Below, one piece after another: positions 56,323-64,000 of a stretch of 64,000 nt of DNA. Origin of the DNA: an uncultured virus (IMG/VR IMGVR_UViG_2739367660_000007). Lineage: Duplodnaviria; Heunggongvirae; Uroviricota; Caudoviricetes. Location of the stretch: IMG/VR virus record IMGVR_UViG_2739367660_000007. The stretch is one strand, 5' to 3'. Every line of letters begins with the position of its first letter. The first letter of the stretch is position 1. The notes beneath the pieces were generated by a model, which was given only the letters and a program-made list of their open reading frames with translations, was not told the origin of the DNA and made no database searches. Made by a program: the position numbers and the translations under genes.

Positions 56323-58284
56323 TTGCATCGCTATCTCGTCGACATTGAAACCTACTCGAATTACTTCTTCGTCGGTATCAAGCGGATCGGTGAAGAAGCT
56401 CGCAGGGGTTTCGAACTCAGCGACAGGTCTGATTTTGACCGCGCCTGGATGCGGCGTTTCATCATCAACCGGGCCACAGCTACGTTCAACGGGATGAGCT
56501 ATGACCTTCCGGTCCTGCTCTATGCCTGCACGCCTCTCGACAATGGCGAATATCCGACCAATGCGCAGATCAAGGAAGTGTCCGACCGGATCATCCTTGG
56601 CATGGTGAAGTATTGGGAAGTCGAGAATGTTATCGGTTTCAGGATTCCATGGGGCATCAACCACATCGACTTGATCGAGCCCCAGCCGAACCCTTTTGCC
56701 AGCCTCAAGATTTTGAATGGCCGGCTGCACGGCAAGCAGATGCAGGATTTGCCGTTCGCCCCGGACAGGATCCTGACGCACGAGGAAATGGACCTCGTAT
56801 CGCATTACTGCCTTCAGAACGATCTGGATGCCTCCGAGAACCTGTGGAACGCGATGCGCGAGCCCATGGAACTGCGCGAGGTGCTGAGTGAAGAAATTCT
56901 CGTCGATCTGCGGTCCAAGTCCGATACGCAAATGGGCCTGGCGATCATCAAGCATCGGGCAGAAGAACTTCTTGGTCGCAAGATCGAAAAGGCATCGGTG
57001 AAACCCGGCCACAGTTTCAAATACAAAGCTCCCGCCTTCATCAAGTTTCAGACGCCGCAGTTGCAGGCGATCCTTGAGCGCATTCAGGAGCACAGGTTCG
57101 TTGTTCGGGATGACGGCAAGGTAGATCTGCCGCCGTGGCTGGCGGATACCCCTTTAACGATAGGTGACACGACCTATGCAATGGGTATCGGCGGCCTGCA
57201 CAGCACCGAGGCCAATCGGGCTGTTGTCAGCGACGAGGACTTCGTTCTCGTGGACGCCGATGTGGCCTCCTATTACCCGGCGATCATCCTTTCCCTCGGT
57301 CTTTACCCTGAGGCGATCGGACCCCGTTTCCTTGAAATCTATCGCGGCATCCGTGATGACCGGGTGAAGGCCAAGAAGGCCGGAAACAAGACGAAGGATA
57401 AGGGGTTGAAGATCGCCCTGAATGGCACCTTCGGCAGCCTCGGATCGCGCTTTTCGTTCGTCTATGCTCCGCATCTGATGATTTCGGTCACCCTGACCGG
57501 GCAGCTTGCCCTGCTCATGCTGATCGAGGCAGCCGAATTGCAGGGCATCCCGGTTGTCAGCGGCAACACGGATGGTATGGTGTTCAAACTGCTTCGTGAG
57601 CACTTCGAAGGGATCACGAAAGACAGGCTGAACGGCGGGCTGCTGGCAGACATCACCGGGCGCTGGGAAAAGGCGACAGGCTTTGATCTTGAGTTTGTCG
57701 AGTATCGCGCGATCTATAACGCTTCGGTGAACAGCTACTTCGCCATCAAGGCGAATGGTGGGCACAAGCGCAAAGGACCGTTTGCAAACCCGTGGTCAGA
57801 GGACAAGAACGACTACGATCTGCGCGGGCAGATGATGAAGAACCCGCAGGCTACGATTTGCAGCGATGCGGCCTTGGCCCGGATCAAGCATGGGACTCCG
57901 CTGCGCGACACGATCATTGGTTGCCAGGATATTCGGCAGTTTGTCACCGTCATCAAGGTCAGCAAGGGCGCGACGTGGCGCGACAATTACCTTGGAAAAA
58001 CGATCAGGTATTACTGGTCAACCGATGGTGATGAGGTGATCGAGGCGGAACCCAACAGCCTCGGTAACTTCAAGAAGGTTCCGAAAACAGACGGCGCAAA
58101 GCCGGCGATGCGGCTGCCGGACGATTTCCCAGATGATGTCGATTACGAGCGGTACATCTCGGAGGCTGAGCAAATCCTGAAAGACATCGGCTTCTATGGC
58201 GCCCCGGAGCCCAAAGAGAAGCGCATCCGCCTGACCAAGGTGAATAAGCAGAGGGTTTTGAGTCTATGGCTACTCTCGGCGTGA
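56323..58284 (+). CDS. DNA polymerase, family B-like, with 3'-5' exonuclease domain
   Basis: DIETY, FNG.SYD, YC.ND; DVASYYP, KIALNGTFG and NTDG. Confidence 0.92.
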   Translation: MHRYLVDIETYSNYFFVGIKRIGEEARRGFELSDRSDFDRAWMRRFIINRATATFNGMSYDLPVLLYACTPLDNGEYPTNAQIKEVSDRIILGMVKYWEVENVIGFRIPWGINHIDLIEPQPNPFASLKILNGRLHGKQMQDLPFAPDRILTHEEMDLVSHYCLQNDLDASENLWNAMREPMELREVLSEEILVDLRSKSDTQMGLAIIKHRAEELLGRKIEKASVKPGHSFKYKAPAFIKFQTPQLQAILERIQEHRFVVRDDGKVDLPPWLADTPLTIGDTTYAMGIGGLHSTEANRAVVSDEDFVLVDADVASYYPAIILSLGLYPEAIGPRFLEIYRGIRDDRVKAKKAGNKTKDKGLKIALNGTFGSLGSRFSFVYAPHLMISVTLTGQLALLMLIEAAELQGIPVVSGNTDGMVFKLLREHFEGITKDRLNGGLLADITGRWEKATGFDLEFVEYRAIYNASVNSYFAIKANGGHKRKGPFANPWSEDKNDYDLRGQMMKNPQATICSDAALARIKHGTPLRDTIIGCQDIRQFVTVIKVSKGATWRDNYLGKTIRYYWSTDGDEVIEAEPNSLGNFKKVPKTDGAKPAMRLPDDFPDDVDYERYISEAEQILKDIGFYGAPEPKEKRIRLTKVNKQRVLSLWLLSA

Positions 58285-58497
58285 ACAAGTACCCCGGCAT
58301 CTGCTTTCGGTGTGGAGGCAGAGTTCCGGCCGGAGAAGGTGTCTTTCAGTACGGCAGCGGTTCAACGCCGTGGCCGTGGCCTGAGTTTCGCTTCCAGCGG
58401 GGCATTCCGCTTGTTGAGCATGTCAACTGCAACGTGATTTACAACAATACCGGGATACATTATCAACTAAACCCTGACACGTCGAAAGAAGGATTCG

Positions 58498-58803
58498 ATG
58501 GTGACCTCGGACTTCAAACTGACATCGACCCTTGAGGCGACGGTAGAGGACACCGTGATTGCCTGGGCCGAGAACAATGGCTGGGTTCACCGTTTCATGT
58601 CCTACCGCGGGCGCCGTGGGTGCCCTGACAGCTTCTTCTTTGGTTTCGGGGTGATCGTGATGATCGAGTTCAAGAAGCCGAAGAAGGGTCTCGATCGCCT
58701 GCAGATCGAAGAACATCGCCGGCTTGAAGACGCCGGTCTGCGTCCGTGGGTCGTCTCGAAAGCTGAGACCGGCATCGAAATTCTCAGGAGGATGATGAAA
58801 TGA
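58498..58803 (+). CDS. VRR-NUC domain nuclease
   Basis: GRRGCPD...IEFK.P....LQ. Confidence 0.85.
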   Translation: MVTSDFKLTSTLEATVEDTVIAWAENNGWVHRFMSYRGRRGCPDSFFFGFGVIVMIEFKKPKKGLDRLQIEEHRRLEDAGLRPWVVSKAETGIEILRRMMK

Positions 58804-59231
58804 ATCCCGAATGGTCCGACTATCTCATGGGTTTCGCGCTGCATGCGGCGAAGAAAAGCAAGGATCAGACGCAAGTTGGTGCTGTACTGGTCGGTCCCCA
58901 GCGGCAGGTTCTCCTGACTGCCTACAATGGTCCCCCGATGGGTGTTCGCGACATGCCGTCCCGGCGCGACGTGCGCCCGGAGAAGTATTTGTGGGTGTCG
59001 CATGCAGAAGCGAACCTTGTCGCCTTTGCCGCTCGTCTTGGCATCCGAACCGAAGGCTGCACGGTCTATGTGACGCATTGCCCCTGTGCCAACTGCGCGA
59101 AGGCACTGGTGCAGGCTGGGATCGGCGCGGTGGTCTACGGGCCGGGAACGACCTCGATGCCGGAACACGAATTTGATGTCGCCCGCACCATGTTCCGCGA
59201 GGCTGGCGTCAAGCTGTCGGTGGCTGAGTGA
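58800..59231 (+). CDS. dCMP deaminase
   Basis: SKD..QVGAV, YNG.P.G, HAEAN and PCANC. Confidence 0.92.
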   Translation: MNPEWSDYLMGFALHAAKKSKDQTQVGAVLVGPQRQVLLTAYNGPPMGVRDMPSRRDVRPEKYLWVSHAEANLVAFAARLGIRTEGCTVYVTHCPCANCAKALVQAGIGAVVYGPGTTSMPEHEFDVARTMFREAGVKLSVAE

Positions 59232-59232
59232 C

Positions 59233-60402
59233 ATGATGCAGACATTGCTTGCCGGCGACTGCATCGCGGGCATGAAAACTCTTCCCGACGGCTGTGTTCA
59301 TACTTGCATCACCAGCCCGCCATACTTCGGACTTCGTGACTATGGGCATGAAGATCAGATTGGGCTCGAAGAGACTCCCGAACAATTTGTCTCTCGCTTG
59401 GTCGAGGTGTTCCGTGAGGTGCGTCGCGTTCTGCGGGATGATGGAACTTTGTGGCTGAACCTCGGGGATAGCTATAGCGGTGCGGCAGCCGGGAAGCGTA
59501 CGGGCGGAAATCTGGCGGAATGGAAAAACGGCGGCCGCAGGAACCCTGATGTCGGGGAGACCGGGCACAAGAAGCCGGGACAGTCGAAGCAGTTGCTTGG
59601 CATACCGTGGCGTGTGGCCTTCGCGCTGCAAGCAGATGGCTGGTATCTGAGGCAAGACATCATCTGGTCGAAGCCAAACCCGATGCCTGAAAGCGTGAAG
59701 GATCGCTGCACCAAGGCGCACGAGTATATTTTCCTGTTTTCGAAATCGCCTCGCTACTTCTTTGATCACGAAGCGATAAAGGAAGATGCAGTCGGTCAGG
59801 CCAGCGGAAATTTGGCTCGAAAATCCCGCCCGTCTCAAAGCAGCCTGGGTAGAGGGGATCAGAAGGGATCGGTTCCGTGGGAGGGAGGCAGTCTTCGCAG
59901 CAGGCGTTCGGTCTGGACTGTGACGACAAAGCCTTTCAAGGGCGCACATTTTGCAACCTTTCCTCCTGACCTGATCGAACCTTGTGTTATGGCCGGTGCG
60001 CCGGAACGCTGCTGCTCGGCATGTGGCGCGCCGCAGGAACGGGTGGTCGAGAAAACAACGTCATTCTGGGGAGGTAGCGGCCGCGCTGGCCGCACCGCAG
60101 AAGATGTGAACGCATCGGGAAAATGGGCGGGCCAGCAATACGGCAAGAACCTGAAACTGGGTCCTTTGGTCACATCGGAAACTGTAGGCTGGCGTCCGAC
60201 CTGCGTCTGTGACGCCGGCGCACCTGTCGGCGGCACGGTGCTTGACCCATTTTTCGGTGCCGGAACCACCGGGCTCGTCGCGCAAATGAACAATCGCTCA
60301 TGGATCGGCTGCGAGTTGAATCCGAAGTACGTCGAAATGGCTCGCGGTCGCCTTGGGATGCCTCCCTCGTTTGCCAGGGAACTTGAAGGGTTGCTGGGAT
60401 GA
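59233..60402 (+). CDS. N4C/N6A DNA methyltransferase (beta class)
   Basis: ITSPPY, HFATFP and VLDPFFGAGTT. Confidence 0.92.
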   Translation: MMQTLLAGDCIAGMKTLPDGCVHTCITSPPYFGLRDYGHEDQIGLEETPEQFVSRLVEVFREVRRVLRDDGTLWLNLGDSYSGAAAGKRTGGNLAEWKNGGRRNPDVGETGHKKPGQSKQLLGIPWRVAFALQADGWYLRQDIIWSKPNPMPESVKDRCTKAHEYIFLFSKSPRYFFDHEAIKEDAVGQASGNLARKSRPSQSSLGRGDQKGSVPWEGGSLRSRRSVWTVTTKPFKGAHFATFPPDLIEPCVMAGAPERCCSACGAPQERVVEKTTSFWGGSGRAGRTAEDVNASGKWAGQQYGKNLKLGPLVTSETVGWRPTCVCDAGAPVGGTVLDPFFGAGTTGLVAQMNNRSWIGCELNPKYVEMARGRLGMPPSFARELEGLLG

Positions 60403-61970
60403 GAACCCGCCACGACCTTCGGGAAGATCAGAATACGATGTATTCCGAGATCATGGCTCGGATGGCCCTGATGCTCGTGAGCGGTATGGGCTCCGGCAAG
60501 ACAGGCGCGACGGCGACAGCCATTTTGGATATGCTCATCACTTTCGAAATTCGGAAGGCACTGCTGATCGCCCCGAAGTTCGTTGCGCTGAACACATGGC
60601 CGGATGAGTTTGCCGCCTGGGCGCATACCCGCAACATCTCCTATGCGATTTGTGTCGGCACCGAAGCTGAGCGGATCGCTGCCCTGAATCAGGATGCCGA
60701 TGTCCTGATCATCAACAGAGACGTGCTTCCATGGCTGGCGAAGCATATCGGATCGGTCAAGAACTGGGTTTGGGATCTGTTGGTCATCGACGAGTCCTCG
60801 ATGTTCAAGGAAGGTGCGAAGAAAACCACGCGCGCCCGGGTGAAGGCAAAAATCGGTGAGACTTGGGGCATCTATTTCGAGGACACCGATCATCTGCTCT
60901 ATGTGAGTGATCCGCTACCCAAGGCTGACATCCCAGCTTGGAAGAGAGACATGTCGCGCATGTGGGCGCTTCTTGGCTTCGATCACATCGAAATGCGCAA
61001 GATCGGGGACGTTCGCGGCACGAAGATCCGGCAGGGCGGCAACATGACCAGGTTCGGTGTTCTTTCGATTGCCCGCAAGATGGTGAAACGGGTTGTCGAA
61101 TTGACCGGCACACCGACACCGAACGGGATCGAAGACATCTGGGGTCAGGTGTATTTGCTGGATCAGGGGCACCGCCTCGGTCGCAGCCGCACAGAGTTCA
61201 GGAAGCGCTGGTTCATCGAGGATCGCTACACCTATGAACGCCAGCCGAAGGCGGGGGCAGAGCAGGAAATCCTGTCGCTGGTGAAAGACGTGGTGATCTC
61301 GATACCGCCGCGCAAGCTTGTCGATGACCCGGTTTACGTTCCCGTTCGCGTCGATCTGTCGTCAAAGGTGATGGACGAGTATCGGCGCTTCGAGAAGACA
61401 CTGTTCGCGGAGCCCTATGACGTTGAAGCCGTCACCAAGGGTGTTCTGGTCAACAAGCTGCTACAGTTCAGCAACGGTTCCATGTTTCGCGCTGACGGGT
61501 CAATCGCCCACGTCCACAGCGAGAAGCACGACGCCTTGGACGAGCTGTTCGAGAGGGCGGCCGGCGACCCGATGCTGGTCTTCTACTCCTATAAATTCGA
61601 TCTCGCTGCGATCAGGAAGCGGCACCCGGATGCCGTGGTCGCAAATGAGTGCGACGATTTCATCAGCCGCTGGAACAGCGGGAAAATCAAGAAGCTCCTG
61701 GCGCACCCGGCCTCGATCGGGCACGGCACAAATTTGCAGTTCGGCGGGCATCTGGCGTGCTGGTTCGGCCTGCCGTGGTCGCTGGAGCTGTACCTTCAGG
61801 CAAACATGCGTCTGCCTCGGCCGGGCCAGAAAAATCAGGTGGCGATCTATCAGATTCTCGCTAGAGGAACCTACGACGAGGTGCAACTTGAAGCGTTGCA
61901 CGAGAAAAATGTGAACCAGGACAGGATCATAGAAGCAGTTCGCTTGCGCCGGAACCAAATGCAACATTAA
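60399..61970 (+). CDS. SNF2-like helicase
   Basis: MGSGKT, VIDESS, LTGTP, HPASIGHGTNLQ and Q...R..RPGQ. Confidence 0.92.
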   Translation: MRTRHDLREDQNTMYSEIMARMALMLVSGMGSGKTGATATAILDMLITFEIRKALLIAPKFVALNTWPDEFAAWAHTRNISYAICVGTEAERIAALNQDADVLIINRDVLPWLAKHIGSVKNWVWDLLVIDESSMFKEGAKKTTRARVKAKIGETWGIYFEDTDHLLYVSDPLPKADIPAWKRDMSRMWALLGFDHIEMRKIGDVRGTKIRQGGNMTRFGVLSIARKMVKRVVELTGTPTPNGIEDIWGQVYLLDQGHRLGRSRTEFRKRWFIEDRYTYERQPKAGAEQEILSLVKDVVISIPPRKLVDDPVYVPVRVDLSSKVMDEYRRFEKTLFAEPYDVEAVTKGVLVNKLLQFSNGSMFRADGSIAHVHSEKHDALDELFERAAGDPMLVFYSYKFDLAAIRKRHPDAVVANECDDFISRWNSGKIKKLLAHPASIGHGTNLQFGGHLACWFGLPWSLELYLQANMRLPRPGQKNQVAIYQILARGTYDEVQLEALHEKNVNQDRIIEAVRLRRNQMQH

Positions 61971-62061
61971 GGTGAATTTAATATCTCTATGAATCACCTC
62001 TTGATTCCAAGGGGGCGGTTTCTTATTGTCAATTAGTAATTGACTATCGGCGCAAGGAACC

Positions 62062-62751
62062 GTGACGATGAGTAAAGAGAAACGCAGGCATCCTGAGTTC
62101 GGCGCACGGTTCGAATTGGCCTGTGACGGCAACCCTCTTGTTCCGCCGCAGAACTACGGACGCCTGAGCTGGATTGTCAAGCAGTTCAAGGATCGCTTCG
62201 ACACTGACGTGACCATCGAAAGCGTCCGCAAATGGTCGATCGGGGTGACATATCCGAGACCTGACGCCATGATGAAGCTCGCTGCAATTCTCGCGGTGGA
62301 TCAGGCGTGGCTGGCCCTCGGCACCACGTCGGAGATCAGCGAAAAGGATGCCAAAATCAGGAAGGCAGAGATGAGCGGTGCGGTGAACCTGCTCGCCGGT
62401 ATCATTCAGATGTCCGGGTGCCATCCCGCCTTCCCTGATAATGCAGATGACCGGGCTCGCGAAGAGAGCACCGACTTGTACGCGATCATCCGCGGCGCGC
62501 AGTATCGTCTGCACGTCGCGCTCGGGCAGAAGGAAGGGGCAGCGGTGACCTTCTCGGTTCCGGTTTCAGCCGTTGACAACAATATCGTCATCGGCGTGGT
62601 GCAGGAGGAAGGATTCTGCTTTCGGTTCTTCGAGATCAACCACGATACCCTGGCCGAGGGTAAACGGAAGGATGGTGCGGTGATCGTCCGAGTTGACGAC
62701 GCGACCCAAATGCCGTTCCGTGAGATCAAGTCATTCGCTGAAAGGTTGTGA
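62062..62751 (+). CDS. XRE-type HTH regulator (candidate repressor)
   Basis: VTIESVRKW..G...PRPD.M.KLA.IL.VD..WL..G. Confidence 0.75.
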   Translation: MTMSKEKRRHPEFGARFELACDGNPLVPPQNYGRLSWIVKQFKDRFDTDVTIESVRKWSIGVTYPRPDAMMKLAAILAVDQAWLALGTTSEISEKDAKIRKAEMSGAVNLLAGIIQMSGCHPAFPDNADDRAREESTDLYAIIRGAQYRLHVALGQKEGAAVTFSVPVSAVDNNIVIGVVQEEGFCFRFFEINHDTLAEGKRKDGAVIVRVDDATQMPFREIKSFAERL

Positions 62752-62752
62752 C

Positions 62753-63190
62753 ATGCGACTCCTTGCGCTTTGCCTTGTTCTTGCGGCTTCGCCGGCTTCG
62801 GCCGGTTGGCGCAATACCGAATGGGGGATGAACGAAGAAGAGTTCAGGAGCGCGGCGCCGTCGGAAGTGACGATCACAGGTAAAGGTGTTGGTGTCGATC
62901 TGGATATGCAGTTCGCTGTTTCTCCGGTGTTCGATGGCGGCAAACTGGTCGAGGTGAAACTTGTTCCCACTGAGAACCGCTTCTGCCCGGCTGCCTTTTA
63001 TGGGGTCACCGAAACCTACGGGGAACCCGCCTATAAGACCGAGAATGTTTCGGCGTGGGAATCTGACGGCAACGTCGTCTTGTTCTCGCAGCGCGCTGAC
63101 AGTTGCGTCGTCTCGTATCAGGATCCGGCCAAGGGGCAGCGCTCGAAGGCGGCGGATAGCTGGCCGGCCGCAAATACGACAGGGTTCTAA
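62753..63190 (+). CDS. Secreted/periplasmic hypothetical protein
   Basis: Signal peptide MRLLALCLVLAASPASA. Confidence 0.7.
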   Translation: MRLLALCLVLAASPASAGWRNTEWGMNEEEFRSAAPSEVTITGKGVGVDLDMQFAVSPVFDGGKLVEVKLVPTENRFCPAAFYGVTETYGEPAYKTENVSAWESDGNVVLFSQRADSCVVSYQDPAKGQRSKAADSWPAANTTGF

Positions 63191-63257
63191 AATCACTTTT
63201 TGCGTGGACTCTTTCACGTTTTGAGGGTATTTTCGGGGCATCCAGCAGGAGCCCTAA

Positions 63258-64000
63258 ATGCGTTTTGGATCAGTTTGCTCCGGGATCGAGGCCGCGTCTA
63301 TCGCATGGCATGAACTCGGATGGGATGCGGCATGGCTTGCTGAGGTTGATGTCGCAGCATCTGCAGTTCTGGCCCATCGCTTTGGTGCTACCGCCCCTCG
63401 GTTCCCTCTCGAAGGCACGGAAAAATCTCTGAAGCGCATTCGGTGGGGTGATCGCCTGGTGAACTGGGGAGACATGACCCGGTTGCCTGATATGGTGCGA
63501 TCCGGTGCAGCCGAAGCCCCGGACATCCTCTGCGGAGGAACCCCTTGCCAGGGCTTCTCTCTTGCCGGCCTGCGCGGTGGCCTGAACGATCCCCGGGGCC
63601 AGCTCACCCTTTCATTCGTGGAACTCGCCAATGCAATCGACGATCGACGCGCTGTTGACGGACAGCACCCATGCGCAATTTTCTGGGAGAACGTACCGGG
63701 CGTCCGATCTGACAGCGGAAACGCATTCGGACATTTTCTCGCCGCGCTCGTGGGTGTGGAAGATCCCATCGAACCGGGTCCACGACCTGAACCGGGACGG
63801 TCCTCTGCCCACTGGACATGGAAAAAAGAAACCCGTGAGCATGTGGCGAAGTGGTCCCGTGCAGGTGTTGTTGCTGGACCCCGACGGACAGTCGGCTGGC
63901 GGTCCAGCGATGCCCAATATTTCGGTCTGGCCCAACGACGCGAGCGTCTGTTCGTTGTCGCAAGTGCTCGTGAGGGGTTTGATCCCCAAAGCGTATTACT
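63258..64000 (+). CDS. C5 cytosine DNA methyltransferase (runs off the window end)
   Basis: Manual translation: MRFGSVCSGIEAAS, GGTPCQGFS, WENVPG and QRRERLF. Confidence 0.93.
   Translation, partial: MRFGSVCSGIEAASIAWHELGWDAAWLAEVDVAASAVLAHRFGATAPRFPLEGTEKSLKRIRWGDRLVNWGDMTRLPDMVRSGAAEAPDILCGGTPCQGFSLAGLRGGLNDPRGQLTLSFVELANAIDDRRAVDGQHPCAIFWENVPGVRSDSGNAFGHFLAALVGVEDPIEPGPRPEPGRSSAHWTWKKETREHVAKWSRAGVVAGPRRTVGWRSSDAQYFGLAQRRERLFVVASAREGFDPQSVL

Overview
The window is most of a temperate siphophage or prophage genome. An alphaproteobacterial (Rhodobacteraceae-like) host is inferred from the GapR-like, CtrA-like and GTA-type domains. The architecture is Chi-like/Casjensviridae-like. From left to right: P4-type tyrosine integrase, a ~900 bp non-coding structured region, AlpA-type excisionase, lambda-type head module, tail module, and lysis genes (1-32.2 kb, + strand). 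Next is a leftward block of small genes with nucleotide-metabolism and methylase functions (32.2-41.7 kb), then a rightward early-like block with small ORFs and a HerA/DUF853-like ATPase (42-47.5 kb). After that come a non-coding repeat/origin region (47.5-48.9 kb), a primase-helicase, and a replication module (DUF2800, DUF2815 SSB, family B polymerase, VRR-NUC, dCMP deaminase, methylase, SNF2 helicase), ending in a truncated C5 methylase. Four observations stand out. (1) A triplicated array of stem-closed, tRNA-like ncRNA modules with its own promoter at 1147-2082. (2) A self-contained type I-E mini-CRISPR unit (promoter-repeat-spacer-repeat-terminator) at 47550-47692 with no cas genes. (3) A 46-copy 20 bp hairpin tandem array after the ATPase. 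(4) A (D/E)LxxLLG peptide motif shared by the termini of many unrelated proteins. All family calls come from motif recognition, not database searches.
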